From the NCBI GenBank assembly GCA_043753995.1, contig JAYUVP010000102.1, positions 1-15,895 of the forward strand: a stretch of 15,895 nucleotides of DNA. Reading direction: 5' to 3'. Positions 1-8,827 of the stretch are shown in pieces. How positions within the stretch are numbered: position 1 is the stretch's first letter; each line of letters begins with the position of its first letter. Below the pieces are notes generated by a model, which saw only the letters and a program-made list of their open reading frames with translations, made no database searches and was not told the origin of the DNA. Origin of the DNA: Fibrobacterota bacterium (lineage in GTDB: Bacteria > Fibrobacterota > Fibrobacteria > UBA11236). Both the position numbers and the translations under genes were made by a program.

Positions 1-3000
1 GTCGAGTATACCGGTATCGCCGAGGCGGAGGACATATTCGCTCACGACCAGGGGAAGCCAGAGAAAATCATCGGAGATGCGGGTTCTCACGCCACGTCCC
101 TGAGGTGGATGCCACCAGTGCTGAACGTCGCCTTCGCGGAATTGTCTCCCTGCGCAGACCAAAATATGTTCACGAGTCAATTGCGGTCTAGCATGGATCA
201 AGGCAAGAACGTCCTGCAATTGATCGCGAAAACCATAGGCGCCGCCGCTTTGATAAAATCCACTTCGTCCCCAAAGCCTGGCTACCATGGTTTGATACAA
301 TAGCCACCCATTGGCCATGACATTCACGGCTGGATCCGGCGTTTCAACGTAGACGGCGCCGAGTGTTTCTTTCCAGTATTCCCAAACATGATCACGCGCC
401 TGATAGGCGTTCTGGGTACTGCGATGATTTAATATAAGGCTGCGAGCCTCCTCCACATTTTTTGCGGTTCCGAGGATAAAGACAATGTCCCTCTCTTCGC
501 CTGCCTCTAAATCGAAATAACATTGCAAGGCCATAGCTGGGTCGAGTCCGCTTCCTACTCGTCCCGATAATTTCAGGCGATGCATGGCCTGGGGATTTCC
601 GACGCCCCCATTCCGGCCCAAGAATTCAGTGCGATCGCCGGTAAACGTGCGCCGGCCTTCATTGGCTTCGAGGAAAACAACTCGACCTGGAAATTCGGTA
701 TTGTAAGGATTGGTGATGAATAATGCTCCTGTTTTCGAATCGATTTCCGAACGTAAATGCATTTGCGTCTTCGCACGGTGTTCACCCAAAACCATTTCAA
801 GATAGAGGGTGGAAGACATTTTTCGAAAGCGATCCGAATCGTTTCGGACTTTGAGCATCCAATATTTAATGGGTAGGTGGATATCGACGTAAATCCATAA
901 TTCGGATTTGATTTGAAAAGACAAGTATTCAAAAACGCTATATCCAAAACCATGGCGATTGAGGTAATCTCCTGCTCCGGGAGCAGGCAGTGGGGTAGGG
1001 GACCAGAAAATCCCGGAAATTTCATCACGCAAATACATGGCCTCACCGCTTGCGTCTTTGACGGGGTCATTGTACCAGGGCGTCAAACGAAATTCGTGGG
1101 CGTTTTCACACCAGCTATATCCACCGCTTTGGGTCACCACGGTTCCGAATTGGGGATTGGCAATCACATTCACCCATGGCATGGGAGTCAATTCGCCAGG
1201 TTTAATGTGAATGACATATTCACGGCCATCGGGAGTAAATCCGCCCCAGCCATTGAAAAAGAGCAGTTTATTTTGGGGAAATGTCATGACCTGCAATGCA
1301 GGTCTTTCATCTCTCGCGGCCAATCGAAAGGGTATTTGCTTTACACGGACAGGTTCCATTTCCGTTTGTGATCGTAGTGTACCGTTTTGATCGGAAATGA
1401 CAATTCGAGCCACGGACAGCATTAAGATTCGATCTTCCTCGGACATTTGCTCAGGATGGCGAATGAAAATTCCTCCGGCCCGATCGAATATGGCCGGATC
1501 GGACCCGGCCGATATCAAACCAACCAGCAAATCATTAAGTAATTGTCTATACCCAGAATGATCTTCATTCCAAATGACCAGGTCCACTTGAATGCCTTTG
1601 AGTCGCCAGTAGGCATGCGCTTGTATTAGATTAGCCGCTAGGCTGATTTTTGAAGCATCTCCGATTCTCAAGAGCACTATGGGTAAGTCGCCGGAAATAC
1701 TATAGGCCCATAAGCCATTTTGGCCTTTCTGATTTTTTTGCAAGAGGGAAGACGGTGATCGGCGAATGGCATTGGCATAGACGATAGAACTGGCGAGATC
1801 GCCATACAATTGGGCATCCGATTCCGAGGCATTCAATTGCTGCAATACCACATTGCCGTGTATGAGAGCCATATCGAATACGCGATCACCCAGTCGGGTA
1901 TCCTGATACTTTTCGATTAAAGCCAAGGCGCCTTGTCGGGTTTCCGCCATGCCGGTGATAAAGCCTAGGGTCGCGGTTGCTTCGGAATTCAATTGGAAAC
2001 GGCAGCGAATAGAAACGATAGGATCAAGCACGGATCCCTCGCTTCCTGACAAGGGGCCGTCCTTCGCTATAGCCTCGGGCTGCTTCACCGATCCGCCTCG
2101 ACCTAAGAATTTGAGCCTATCCGTTTCAAAGGTGATGGACAACGAGTCCGGCTTATTGCTTGTGAGCAAATGAAACATCCAGGGCGGTTTTTCGGAAGCG
2201 CTACGCGGACGCCGTGTGCAGAGTATGGCGTTTTGTCCAGCGAGTATTTCGGTTTGCACGAAAAGTTTGGCAAATGCGGGATGAGCCGACTCCGCGGAAG
2301 TGGCGATAAGCGCCACCTCGGCATAACTGGTCAACTCCAAGGTACGGGTGCGATTCGTAAAATTTCTTAAAGTGATTCGTCTATGTTCAATGTCATCCTC
2401 GGGGGAAACCGCGATTTCCGTATGCGTATTTATTCCCTGATCACGACGTTTGAATTCCGCTCGCGACGCAGAAAATATGGCCTCGTATTGATCGGATTCG
2501 GATAAGGTGGGTTGAAAGGCCGATGACCATTTGGTTTTTCCGCTAAGGTCTCGGATATAAACAAAGGTTCCGTTCGCATCGCGCGTTGCGTCTTCTTCCC
2601 ATCGCGTCACGGAAAAATCCCGCCATCGACTATACCCACCTCCGGCATTGGAAATCATGACGTGGTATCGGCCATTGGAAAGCAAATGAATTTCAGGGTA
2701 GGTCGTATGCGGTGTTTCGTAAATCCGAAAACTGGATTCCGTATTTTCTGGAAGGTTTGCCTTGTGCGATAGCCCAAGGGATTTGATTTGAAAGGGAGTG
2801 GCCTTGGGTACTCGCTCCTGCAATAGCAGCAAGGCGGATTCAAAGCTGGGATCGGCTTGGAATCGACGCGGCATGATGTTGTCATTAAAATGATTGACTA
2901 AGGCAATAAAACTCATGCCCTGATGGTGCGCCATGAAGGACGGAATCAAGGCTTGGGTTTGGCCCGCCCCCAAGCGGCTGGGCGTATAGTCAATGGCCTC

Positions 3001-6000
3001 ATAAAGCCCATACTTTCCCTCAAAACCGGCGGCCGAAAGCCTTTGCATATTGGCGCATGCCGCCGCAGGCCTCAACATTAAGGCTAATACCGAAGAATAG
3101 GGCGAAACGACTAAATCGTCGGCGAGGCCGCGTTTGAATCCAAGGCCAGGGATGCCGAAGGATCGGTATTGATAATTCAAGGCGGCATCGGTGATATTCT
3201 CCGCGCTTTCGGAAATGCCCCAAGGAATGCGATTCGCGCGGCCATAGGAGATTTGTTTGTCGATAATGGCTTCATGGGTTTGCCCCAGCAAGGTGTCGGC
3301 ATAATGAGGCAAAATCAATTGCGGCATTAAATACTCGAACATGGATCCGCCCCAAGACAGCAAAAAGTTTTTCCCTTTGCTGAAGGCGACTAATCGTCCT
3401 AAGGAAAACCAATGTTCCATAGGTAATTGCCCCTGGGCGATTCCGATAAAGCTCGTGATTCGCGATTCCGAGGCCAATAAGTCATAATGGCTTTCATCTT
3501 TGGTGTGCTTGTCTGTGTCGTAGCCGATACTTAATAAGTTTCTTTTCGAATCATATAAAAAATCGTATTCCTGCCGCGCCAAATCGAGGCATTGGTTAGC
3601 GCAGCCCTTAATCTCGAGCAATCGTTCCTTGGCTAGAAAACTTACGGTCTGGATTTGGTTTAAAAGCCATAGGACTCCTTCCGAGTGGACTGAGTCAAAA
3701 CGAACCGTATTTGCAAGCCAGGCTCGAATTTGTGTTTCTAATCGGGGGATGGATTCATGAAGATCCGCGATTTGCTTCAACGTGCGATTGGTATAAAGCT
3801 CAGGAAATGCTCCCGGGAGGAGCCGCTGCATTTCTTTGTTTTCCATGGCTAACCATGGAGTGAAGAGCATGATTTCATCGCATTGCTCAGAAATCTGTTT
3901 CGCAATCGAAGCCAGCCACCATAGCGCTTCGGGGGAATGACTGGGTTTGGCCATTTCCTTCAAAGCCTGTATTTGCATTGCGATATTCCGCAAGCGGATT
4001 ATTGATTCTTGAAGGTCCAGGGAAGAATCGGATGCCGCGGAAACCGAGGCAATGATTTTTTGCATGGGCGCGGCAAATTCTGATTCCATGGAAACCATGC
4101 CGGCAAATAGGCTTTGTGCTGGAGCCAGAATTTCTTGAAGTACGATTAAAGCATCCTTAATTCCTAAAAATGCCTTTGGCGACAAAATCGGATTTTTCGG
4201 CAATTCGGAAAGCCCCATATGCAAGGTCCGCAAGTATCCTGCCAAATTGCCGCTGTCAACGGTAGAGACATATCGAGGCGACATGGCTTGCAGGGTGCGC
4301 GTGTCATACCAATTCAAAAAGTGCCCGCGATAGCGTGACATTTTCTCCATGGATTGAAAGGATTTTCGGGTTTTATGGAGGAAGGCCCCTGTCGTATGAT
4401 ATCCAGAATCATAGGCACCCAGATTTGAGAGCAGCATCAGCCCGATATTGGTTGGCGAAGTACGATAGGCGATGGCCTCTCGCGGTGATTCTTGATAATT
4501 ATCCGCGGGCAAATAATTATTATCCTGGTCAGCGAAAGTTTCAAAATAGCGCCAGGTTTTTCGGCTTATGATGCGGAGATATCGATTTTGCTTATCAGAT
4601 AGTTTGGGTTGATTTATTATAAATGGTTGGCTTAGCCACCAGGCAAAAAATGGCGAGAAAAACCACAAGACCAAAACAGGATAAAAGACAAAAAAGCTTT
4701 CGACGAATTGGCCATAAAGACAAAATCCCAATCCCAAGGTCGAAAGGGGAATGATCCAAGAAATTTCTTTATGCTTGGTTAGACCCCGACGTAGCCTGGC
4801 CTTGGAGTTGGCCGATGATTTCCATTCTAATAGTTGCTTATGGGTGATGAAAAGACGCCCGAATGTCACCGCGATGGCATCCATATTCATAAAGGCTTGA
4901 TAGGGCAAGGCGCAAAATTGAAATAAGGCGGAAAAAGTCTTTTCTCCGGCGGAAGTCACCACGGAAAGGATATGCACTTTCCACGGGAATTTCGGTGGCT
5001 TTTTCAAAGAAGCGAAAATGAGACCGGGTAGGGTAGGTAAGAAGAGAATGAAACCGACAATAGCCATGCCGGCCCATGCTGGCCGTATATGAATCCAACT
5101 TAGAATGACGAGCAGTAAGAGTGCCTGTGGAATAAGGCTGCGACGAAGATTATCGAAAATCTTCCATTTTCCCAGAAGGGATATGGGATTGCGAGAGGTC
5201 GCCTTTTTATATCCGGGAACTTGACTCCGCAACCATGTAGCTATTTGCCAATCCCCTCGGATCCAGCGATGGTGCCGCGACATGTCCTCACCAAAGTCTT
5301 CTGGAAAATCATCAATCCATTGCAAGTCGCTCACCAAGGCCGATCGGCAATAATTGCCTTCTAACAAGTCATGGCTTAGTATTCGATTTTCAGGCAATCG
5401 CCGGACGAGGCAATGCATGAACATGTCTATGTCATAAATGCCTTTGCCGATGAAAGAGCCTTCGCCGAATAGGTCCTGATAAATATCGGATACCGCCCGA
5501 GTATAGGGATCAATGCCGAATTCGCTGCCGAATATTCGCGCATATCTGGAAGTCGCAGCGAGTGGAATGCTGGACACCATGCGCGGTTGTAAAATGGCAT
5601 GTCCTTGCGTCACTCGCCCCAACTTTTCATCATAAATGGGATGATTGAGTGGATGGGCCATGGTTTCAATCAGTTTGCGAATGGAGTCTCTCGGCAGCCT
5701 GGTGTCGGTGTCCAGGGTGACGACATATTTGATTTTTGGGAACAGGGTGGTATCTCCATCCACCAGCAAGAATGAATTTTCGATTCCCCTTAAGGCCGAG
5801 TTCAAGGCTTCGAGCTTTCCACGCTTTCGCTCATATCCCATCCAACAATTTTGTTTTGGATTCCATTCTCGGCGACGGTGGAAAAGAAAAAATGATTTTT
5901 GGCCTTCACGGCAATAAGTGTCGTTTAAGTTGCGAATACCCTCGCGAAGTGATTGTAAAAGCACTTCGTCTTCAGGCATGGTTTCGGTTGGCGAATCAGG

Positions 6001-7605
6001 GGAATCGGTAAGTAAACTGAAGAACAAAAACCGAGACCGGTTTGCGAGATAACAGACTTCGATTTTATTAATGAGAATGGGAATATCTTCGCTTTTGGCA
6101 AGCATGGTCGGGATGGTGATTAAGGTCGAGAATTCTTCCGGAATTGATTTTGAAAAATCCATTCTTGGAAGAAGCTTGGGATTTACCCAAGTCGTGGATA
6201 TCCAGTGGACCAGGGCAATGGCTAACTGGCTATTCGCCAGCATCAACAGCATGATCAGAATAATGGAAAAGGGTTGAAGCGGTAAGCCGATGAGCATACC
6301 CATGCCACCCGTCAATAGGCTGGTGAGCAGAACGATGGCTCCCAAATAATAAAAGAGGGGCCGACGACGACCCCATTTCTCCCACTTATCGCGTGGGGAC
6401 GGCTTCATTAAAGTCGCGATTTCCAAATCTTTTTGGCCATCGCCAATCAGGATTTGTCCAATATGGTTTGAGGCTCCCGGCGGCGTTTGGATCTGCGAAC
6501 TAATCTCGATGACCTTGGCGGCAACTTCGGCTTCGGAGAATTGGCTCTGTCTGGCGATTTTCTCTATTCTGTGGCGATACCTGTCCCTGGTAGCGAAGTC
6601 CATATTGGCGTATATGCCGGCAGGATCGGTACACAGAATGCGCTCGACGAGACTCATGGCCTCGACGAATTCCTTCCATGGAATGGCCGGTAAAAGGCGT
6701 AGGCTGCCTATGCTATTGCGTATGGAAACTTGATTGATGGCATGATGCTGGCTATCCAAATGCACCTGACGCTCAATGGTTTGCCCTTGTTCAACAAGTC
6801 TTTGTTCAATCCATGTTAAAGGCAAGGATAAAGTATGACCTTGATTCTGCAAACGTCTGACGATTTCGGCGATAAAGGTGGGCGACATCGAAATGGGGTC
6901 GCGCACCATGTCGGCTAAGTCCAGGACAATGCTTTTAGGATCCGTGGTCGCGGTTAAAAGCATGCGATCGGCCCAGTGATTGGCAAGGTTACGATCCTCA
7001 CGAATGGCAGCCAATCGCATGGCAATGCGCTGTATGTTCTCAATTAGGGCGAGCCTTAACATGATAGGTAGGGCCCAAAGTTCACCCAGCTTGAGCGGGG
7101 AATGCCTTTGATAGGCGGTCACGATACTGCGCAAATTGCCTTCGTCGACAAGACCGTCCACGTGCGCGATTAATTCCTGAATAATGACATAAGCCCGAGG
7201 TAAACCCGCGGAAGGCGAAGATTGGAGTTGGGGCAATTCCTGGCTATAGCTTCTGGGCAGATGGCGACGGGCTAATTGGATTTGTTCTTCAATGAGGTGG
7301 TAATTGTCTAGCAGCCAAATGCTGGCAGGGGAAAGGTTGGTCTCGCCTTGTCCTCGCGAAGCCAACTGGGCGTATACCTTGTTCAGGCTTTTTTCATTAT
7401 GACTGAGTCGGGGCAAAAGCCGATCCGGACCCGGGAATTCACTGAGAGCATGGGAGCGGGCTAGAGCTTCTCCATGCTTGTCCAACTGATCGATGCTGAA
7501 TAAATCCACCAGTAGGGGGTATTCGAGGATTTTTTCGGCTGAGGGAAAGGGGGGGCTTGAGCTATTCAAAAAGGCCTTTCGGGCTTCACGCGCCGCCTGG
7601 CCCAA
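1..7605 (-). CDS. ndvB: Cyclic beta-1,2-glucan synthase (Cgs/NdvB/ChvB family; GT84 + cyclization domain + GH94), 3'-partial at the left window edge
   Basis: Manual translation shows no stop from 7617 down to 1; the upstream in-frame TGA is at 7620-7618. Family motifs in order: DLFSIDQLDKHGEALARSH, WLLDNYHLIEEQIQLARRH, HRRREWNPKQNCWMGYERKRGKL, YVVTLDTDT, AILQPR, GIDPYTRAVSDIYQDLFGEGSFIGKGIYD, LSHDLLEG, RHHRWIRGDWQ, RTSPTNIG, FLNWYDTRTL, STVDSGNLAG, LLASESR, SWGGSMFEYLMP, PWGISES, FMAHHQGMS, LLSNGRYHVMISNAGGGYSRW, LWAYSISGDLP, TPMPWVNVIANPQFGT, YQSGGAYGFRDQLQD, EGDVQHWWHPP. The start is uncertain: TTG 7605, TTG 7569 (preceded by GAAAGG) or GTG 7509. The first in-frame ATG (7062) lies well inside conserved sequence. 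Confidence 0.95.
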   Translation of the reverse strand, partial: MGQAAREARKAFLNSSSPPFPSAEKILEYPLLVDLFSIDQLDKHGEALARSHALSEFPGPDRLLPRLSHNEKSLNKVYAQLASRGQGETNLSPASIWLLDNYHLIEEQIQLARRHLPRSYSQELPQLQSSPSAGLPRAYVIIQELIAHVDGLVDEGNLRSIVTAYQRHSPLKLGELWALPIMLRLALIENIQRIAMRLAAIREDRNLANHWADRMLLTATTDPKSIVLDLADMVRDPISMSPTFIAEIVRRLQNQGHTLSLPLTWIEQRLVEQGQTIERQVHLDSQHHAINQVSIRNSIGSLRLLPAIPWKEFVEAMSLVERILCTDPAGIYANMDFATRDRYRHRIEKIARQSQFSEAEVAAKVIEISSQIQTPPGASNHIGQILIGDGQKDLEIATLMKPSPRDKWEKWGRRRPLFYYLGAIVLLTSLLTGGMGMLIGLPLQPFSIILIMLLMLANSQLAIALVHWISTTWVNPKLLPRMDFSKSIPEEFSTLITIPTMLAKSEDIPILINKIEVCYLANRSRFLFFSLLTDSPDSPTETMPEDEVLLQSLREGIRNLNDTYCREGQKSFFLFHRRREWNPKQNCWMGYERKRGKLEALNSALRGIENSFLLVDGDTTLFPKIKYVVTLDTDTRLPRDSIRKLIETMAHPLNHPIYDEKLGRVTQGHAILQPRMVSSIPLAATSRYARIFGSEFGIDPYTRAVSDIYQDLFGEGSFIGKGIYDIDMFMHCLVRRLPENRILSHDLLEGNYCRSALVSDLQWIDDFPEDFGEDMSRHHRWIRGDWQIATWLRSQVPGYKKATSRNPISLLGKWKIFDNLRRSLIPQALLLLVILSWIHIRPAWAGMAIVGFILFLPTLPGLIFASLKKPPKFPWKVHILSVVTSAGEKTFSALFQFCALPYQAFMNMDAIAVTFGRLFITHKQLLEWKSSANSKARLRRGLTKHKEISWIIPLSTLGLGFCLYGQFVESFFVFYPVLVLWFFSPFFAWWLSQPFIINQPKLSDKQNRYLRIISRKTWRYFETFADQDNNYLPADNYQESPREAIAYRTSPTNIGLMLLSNLGAYDSGYHTTGAFLHKTRKSFQSMEKMSRYRGHFLNWYDTRTLQAMSPRYVSTVDSGNLAGYLRTLHMGLSELPKNPILSPKAFLGIKDALIVLQEILAPAQSLFAGMVSMESEFAAPMQKIIASVSAASDSSLDLQESIIRLRNIAMQIQALKEMAKPSHSPEALWWLASIAKQISEQCDEIMLFTPWLAMENKEMQRLLPGAFPELYTNRTLKQIADLHESIPRLETQIRAWLANTVRFDSVHSEGVLWLLNQIQTVSFLAKERLLEIKGCANQCLDLARQEYDFLYDSKRNLLSIGYDTDKHTKDESHYDLLASESRITSFIGIAQGQLPMEHWFSLGRLVAFSKGKNFLLSWGGSMFEYLMPQLILPHYADTLLGQTHEAIIDKQISYGRANRIPWGISESAENITDAALNYQYRSFGIPGLGFKRGLADDLVVSPYSSVLALMLRPAAACANMQRLSAAGFEGKYGLYEAIDYTPSRLGAGQTQALIPSFMAHHQGMSFIALVNHFNDNIMPRRFQADPSFESALLLLQERVPKATPFQIKSLGLSHKANLPENTESSFRIYETPHTTYPEIHLLSNGRYHVMISNAGGGYSRWRDFSVTRWEEDATRDANGTFVYIRDLSGKTKWSSAFQPTLSESDQYEAIFSASRAEFKRRDQGINTHTEIAVSPEDDIEHRRITLRNFTNRTRTLELTSYAEVALIATSAESAHPAFAKLFVQTEILAGQNAILCTRRPRSASEKPPWMFHLLTSNKPDSLSITFETDRLKFLGRGGSVKQPEAIAKDGPLSGSEGSVLDPIVSIRCRFQLNSEATATLGFITGMAETRQGALALIEKYQDTRLGDRVFDMALIHGNVVLQQLNASESDAQLYGDLASSIVYANAIRRSPSSLLQKNQKGQNGLWAYSISGDLPIVLLRIGDASKISLAANLIQAHAYWRLKGIQVDLVIWNEDHSGYRQLLNDLLVGLISAGSDPAIFDRAGGIFIRHPEQMSEEDRILMLSVARIVISDQNGTLRSQTEMEPVRVKQIPFRLAARDERPALQVMTFPQNKLLFFNGWGGFTPDGREYVIHIKPGELTPMPWVNVIANPQFGTVVTQSGGYSWCENAHEFRLTPWYNDPVKDASGEAMYLRDEISGIFWSPTPLPAPGAGDYLNRHGFGYSVFEYLSFQIKSELWIYVDIHLPIKYWMLKVRNDSDRFRKMSSTLYLEMVLGEHRAKTQMHLRSEIDSKTGALFITNPYNTEFPGRVVFLEANEGRRTFTGDRTEFLGRNGGVGNPQAMHRLKLSGRVGSGLDPAMALQCYFDLEAGEERDIVFILGTAKNVEEARSLILNHRSTQNAYQARDHVWEYWKETLGAVYVETPDPAVNVMANGWLLYQTMVARLWGRSGFYQSGGAYGFRDQLQDVLALIHARPQLTREHILVCAGRQFREGDVQHWWHPPQGRGVRTRISDDFLWLPLVVSEYVLRLGDTGILD

Positions 7606-7750
7606 TCCATGAACCCGTCATGGAAAACCGAAATTTTAGGGCTGTCTAAGGGGGCGCAGGCGAAAGATGGCCGAGGCTGCGGCTTTGCGCAACGCCACCG
7701 AAGATAGGTTATCAGGCAAACGGGCTATATGGGGAAAATATCCCTCCCGC

Positions 7751-7779
7751 TTGACTTCAAAAAAGCACCCGTGTATCTT
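7751..7779 (+). promoter_or_regulatory. Putative sigma70-type promoter for the ABC transporter operon
   Basis: TTGACT (7751-7756), a 17-nt spacer and TATCTT (7774-7779), about 120 nt upstream of the ATG at 7901 in the divergent intergenic region. Confidence 0.6.
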
Positions 7780-7900
7780 AACGCCGCAATTTTGACAGTA
7801 TGACGTCATTCTTAGAACAATCCGCTGCGACCCGGAGCCATCCGTCCTTAAGCGACGAGGCGTTCTTCCGTGGCCGTATTTCCCTGCCGAAAGGAAATCC

Positions 7901-8824
7901 ATGATCGAGGTACAGGGCCTTACCAAACGGTATGGCCGCGCCTTGGCGGTAGACAACATCAGCTTCCACATCAGCAAGGGCGAAGTGGTCGGGCTTTTGG
8001 GTCCCAATGGCGCTGGCAAATCCACCACCATGAAAATCCTCACCTGCTTCATTTCGGCCACGGCCGGGCAGGCGAGCATAGCCGGTTTCGACACCTTTGA
8101 CCATCCCCTGGAAGTGCGCAAGCAAATCGGTTATTTGCCGGAAAGCTGCCCGCTTTATCATGACATGGATGTGGTCGCTTATCTTCATTTCTGCGCCGAA
8201 GTGCGTGGCGTCCCTTCATCCCGGCGCAAAGGCGCGGTGGAAAAGGCCGTGGCCTCTTGCGATTTGGGCAAGGTGACTGGCAAGCTGATTGGCCACCTCT
8301 CCAAGGGGTATCGGCAGCGCGTGGGTTTGGCCCAAGCTCTGATTCATGATCCAGCCGTGCTCATTCTCGACGAACCGACTTCAGGTCTCGATCCCAATCA
8401 GATTCGCGATATTCTCAAGCTCATCGGTGATTTAGGCAAAGAGAAAACGGTCATACATAGCACCCATATTTTGTCTGAAGTCGAAGCGACTTCGGATCGG
8501 GTACTGATTATCAATAATGGCCGCATTGTCGCCCAGGGAACGCCTCAAGAATTGGTCGGTCGCGCTTCGGGCACCACGGTTTTCCTGACCGTCAAGGGTG
8601 CTGGCGCCGCTGAGACCATAGCCCAGGCCGATTTCGTTAAAAAAGCAGAAGTATTGCAAGAACGCGGCGAAGGCTTTGTGAAAATGGTCGTGGTCGGCAA
8701 GGACAATAAGGACGTATCTCTCGATTTATACCGGCTCGCGGTCGAGAAGAATTGGTTGCTCAGCGAGCTGCGTTTCGAGACGGCTAGCCTCGAAGACGTT
8801 TTCTCCAAGCTGACAAGGGGATAA
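7901..8824 (+). CDS. ABC transporter ATP-binding protein, GldA-like (ABC-2/DrrA type)
   Basis: Walker A GPNGAGKST, signature LSKGYRQR, Walker B ILDEPTSGLDP, switch HSTH, and a C-terminal SLEDVF motif. AAAGGA precedes the ATG. Confidence 0.95.
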   Translation: MIEVQGLTKRYGRALAVDNISFHISKGEVVGLLGPNGAGKSTTMKILTCFISATAGQASIAGFDTFDHPLEVRKQIGYLPESCPLYHDMDVVAYLHFCAEVRGVPSSRRKGAVEKAVASCDLGKVTGKLIGHLSKGYRQRVGLAQALIHDPAVLILDEPTSGLDPNQIRDILKLIGDLGKEKTVIHSTHILSEVEATSDRVLIINNGRIVAQGTPQELVGRASGTTVFLTVKGAGAAETIAQADFVKKAEVLQERGEGFVKMVVVGKDNKDVSLDLYRLAVEKNWLLSELRFETASLEDVFSKLTRG

Positions 8825-8827
8825 GCC

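Noticed and set aside
109..6733. The many short ORFs (64-165 aa) listed in the track between 109 and 6733
   Set aside because: All lie antisense or out of frame within the continuous cgs gene and show no recognisable motifs, so they are shadow ORFs.
7530..7555. G7 (7549-7555) and T6 (7530-7535) runs near the 5' end of cgs as a phase-variation tract
   Set aside because: The tracts are shorter than typical contingency repeats and the frame is intact, so there is no evidence without read-level variation.
1..7605. Possibility that cgs is a pseudogene or uses a recoded stop codon, since it is absent from the ORF track
   Set aside because: Triplet-by-triplet reading found no in-frame TAA/TAG/TGA. 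It is omitted only because it runs off the window edge.
7633..7638. TAAAAT (minus strand) as the -10 box of a cgs promoter
   Set aside because: No credible -35 element at 16-18 nt spacing, so it is too weak to list as a feature.
7640..7745. Possible c-di-GMP-I riboswitch upstream of cgs (GCGCAAAGCC on minus, GGCAAAC on plus)
   Set aside because: The fragments are on opposite strands, and the GGCAAAC..GAAA..GACGCAAAGCC architecture is not present in order. An Rfam/Infernal scan would settle it.
7606..7900. Sigma54 -24/-12 promoter as a local target of the activator
   Set aside because: No TGGC-N7-TTGC with correct spacing found on either strand of the spacer.
7636..8188. Minus-strand ORFs 7636-8121 and 7778-8188, and plus-strand ORF 7870-8100
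   Set aside because: These are antisense or alternate-frame shadows of the conserved ABC ATPase. Such antisense frames are common opposite ABC genes.
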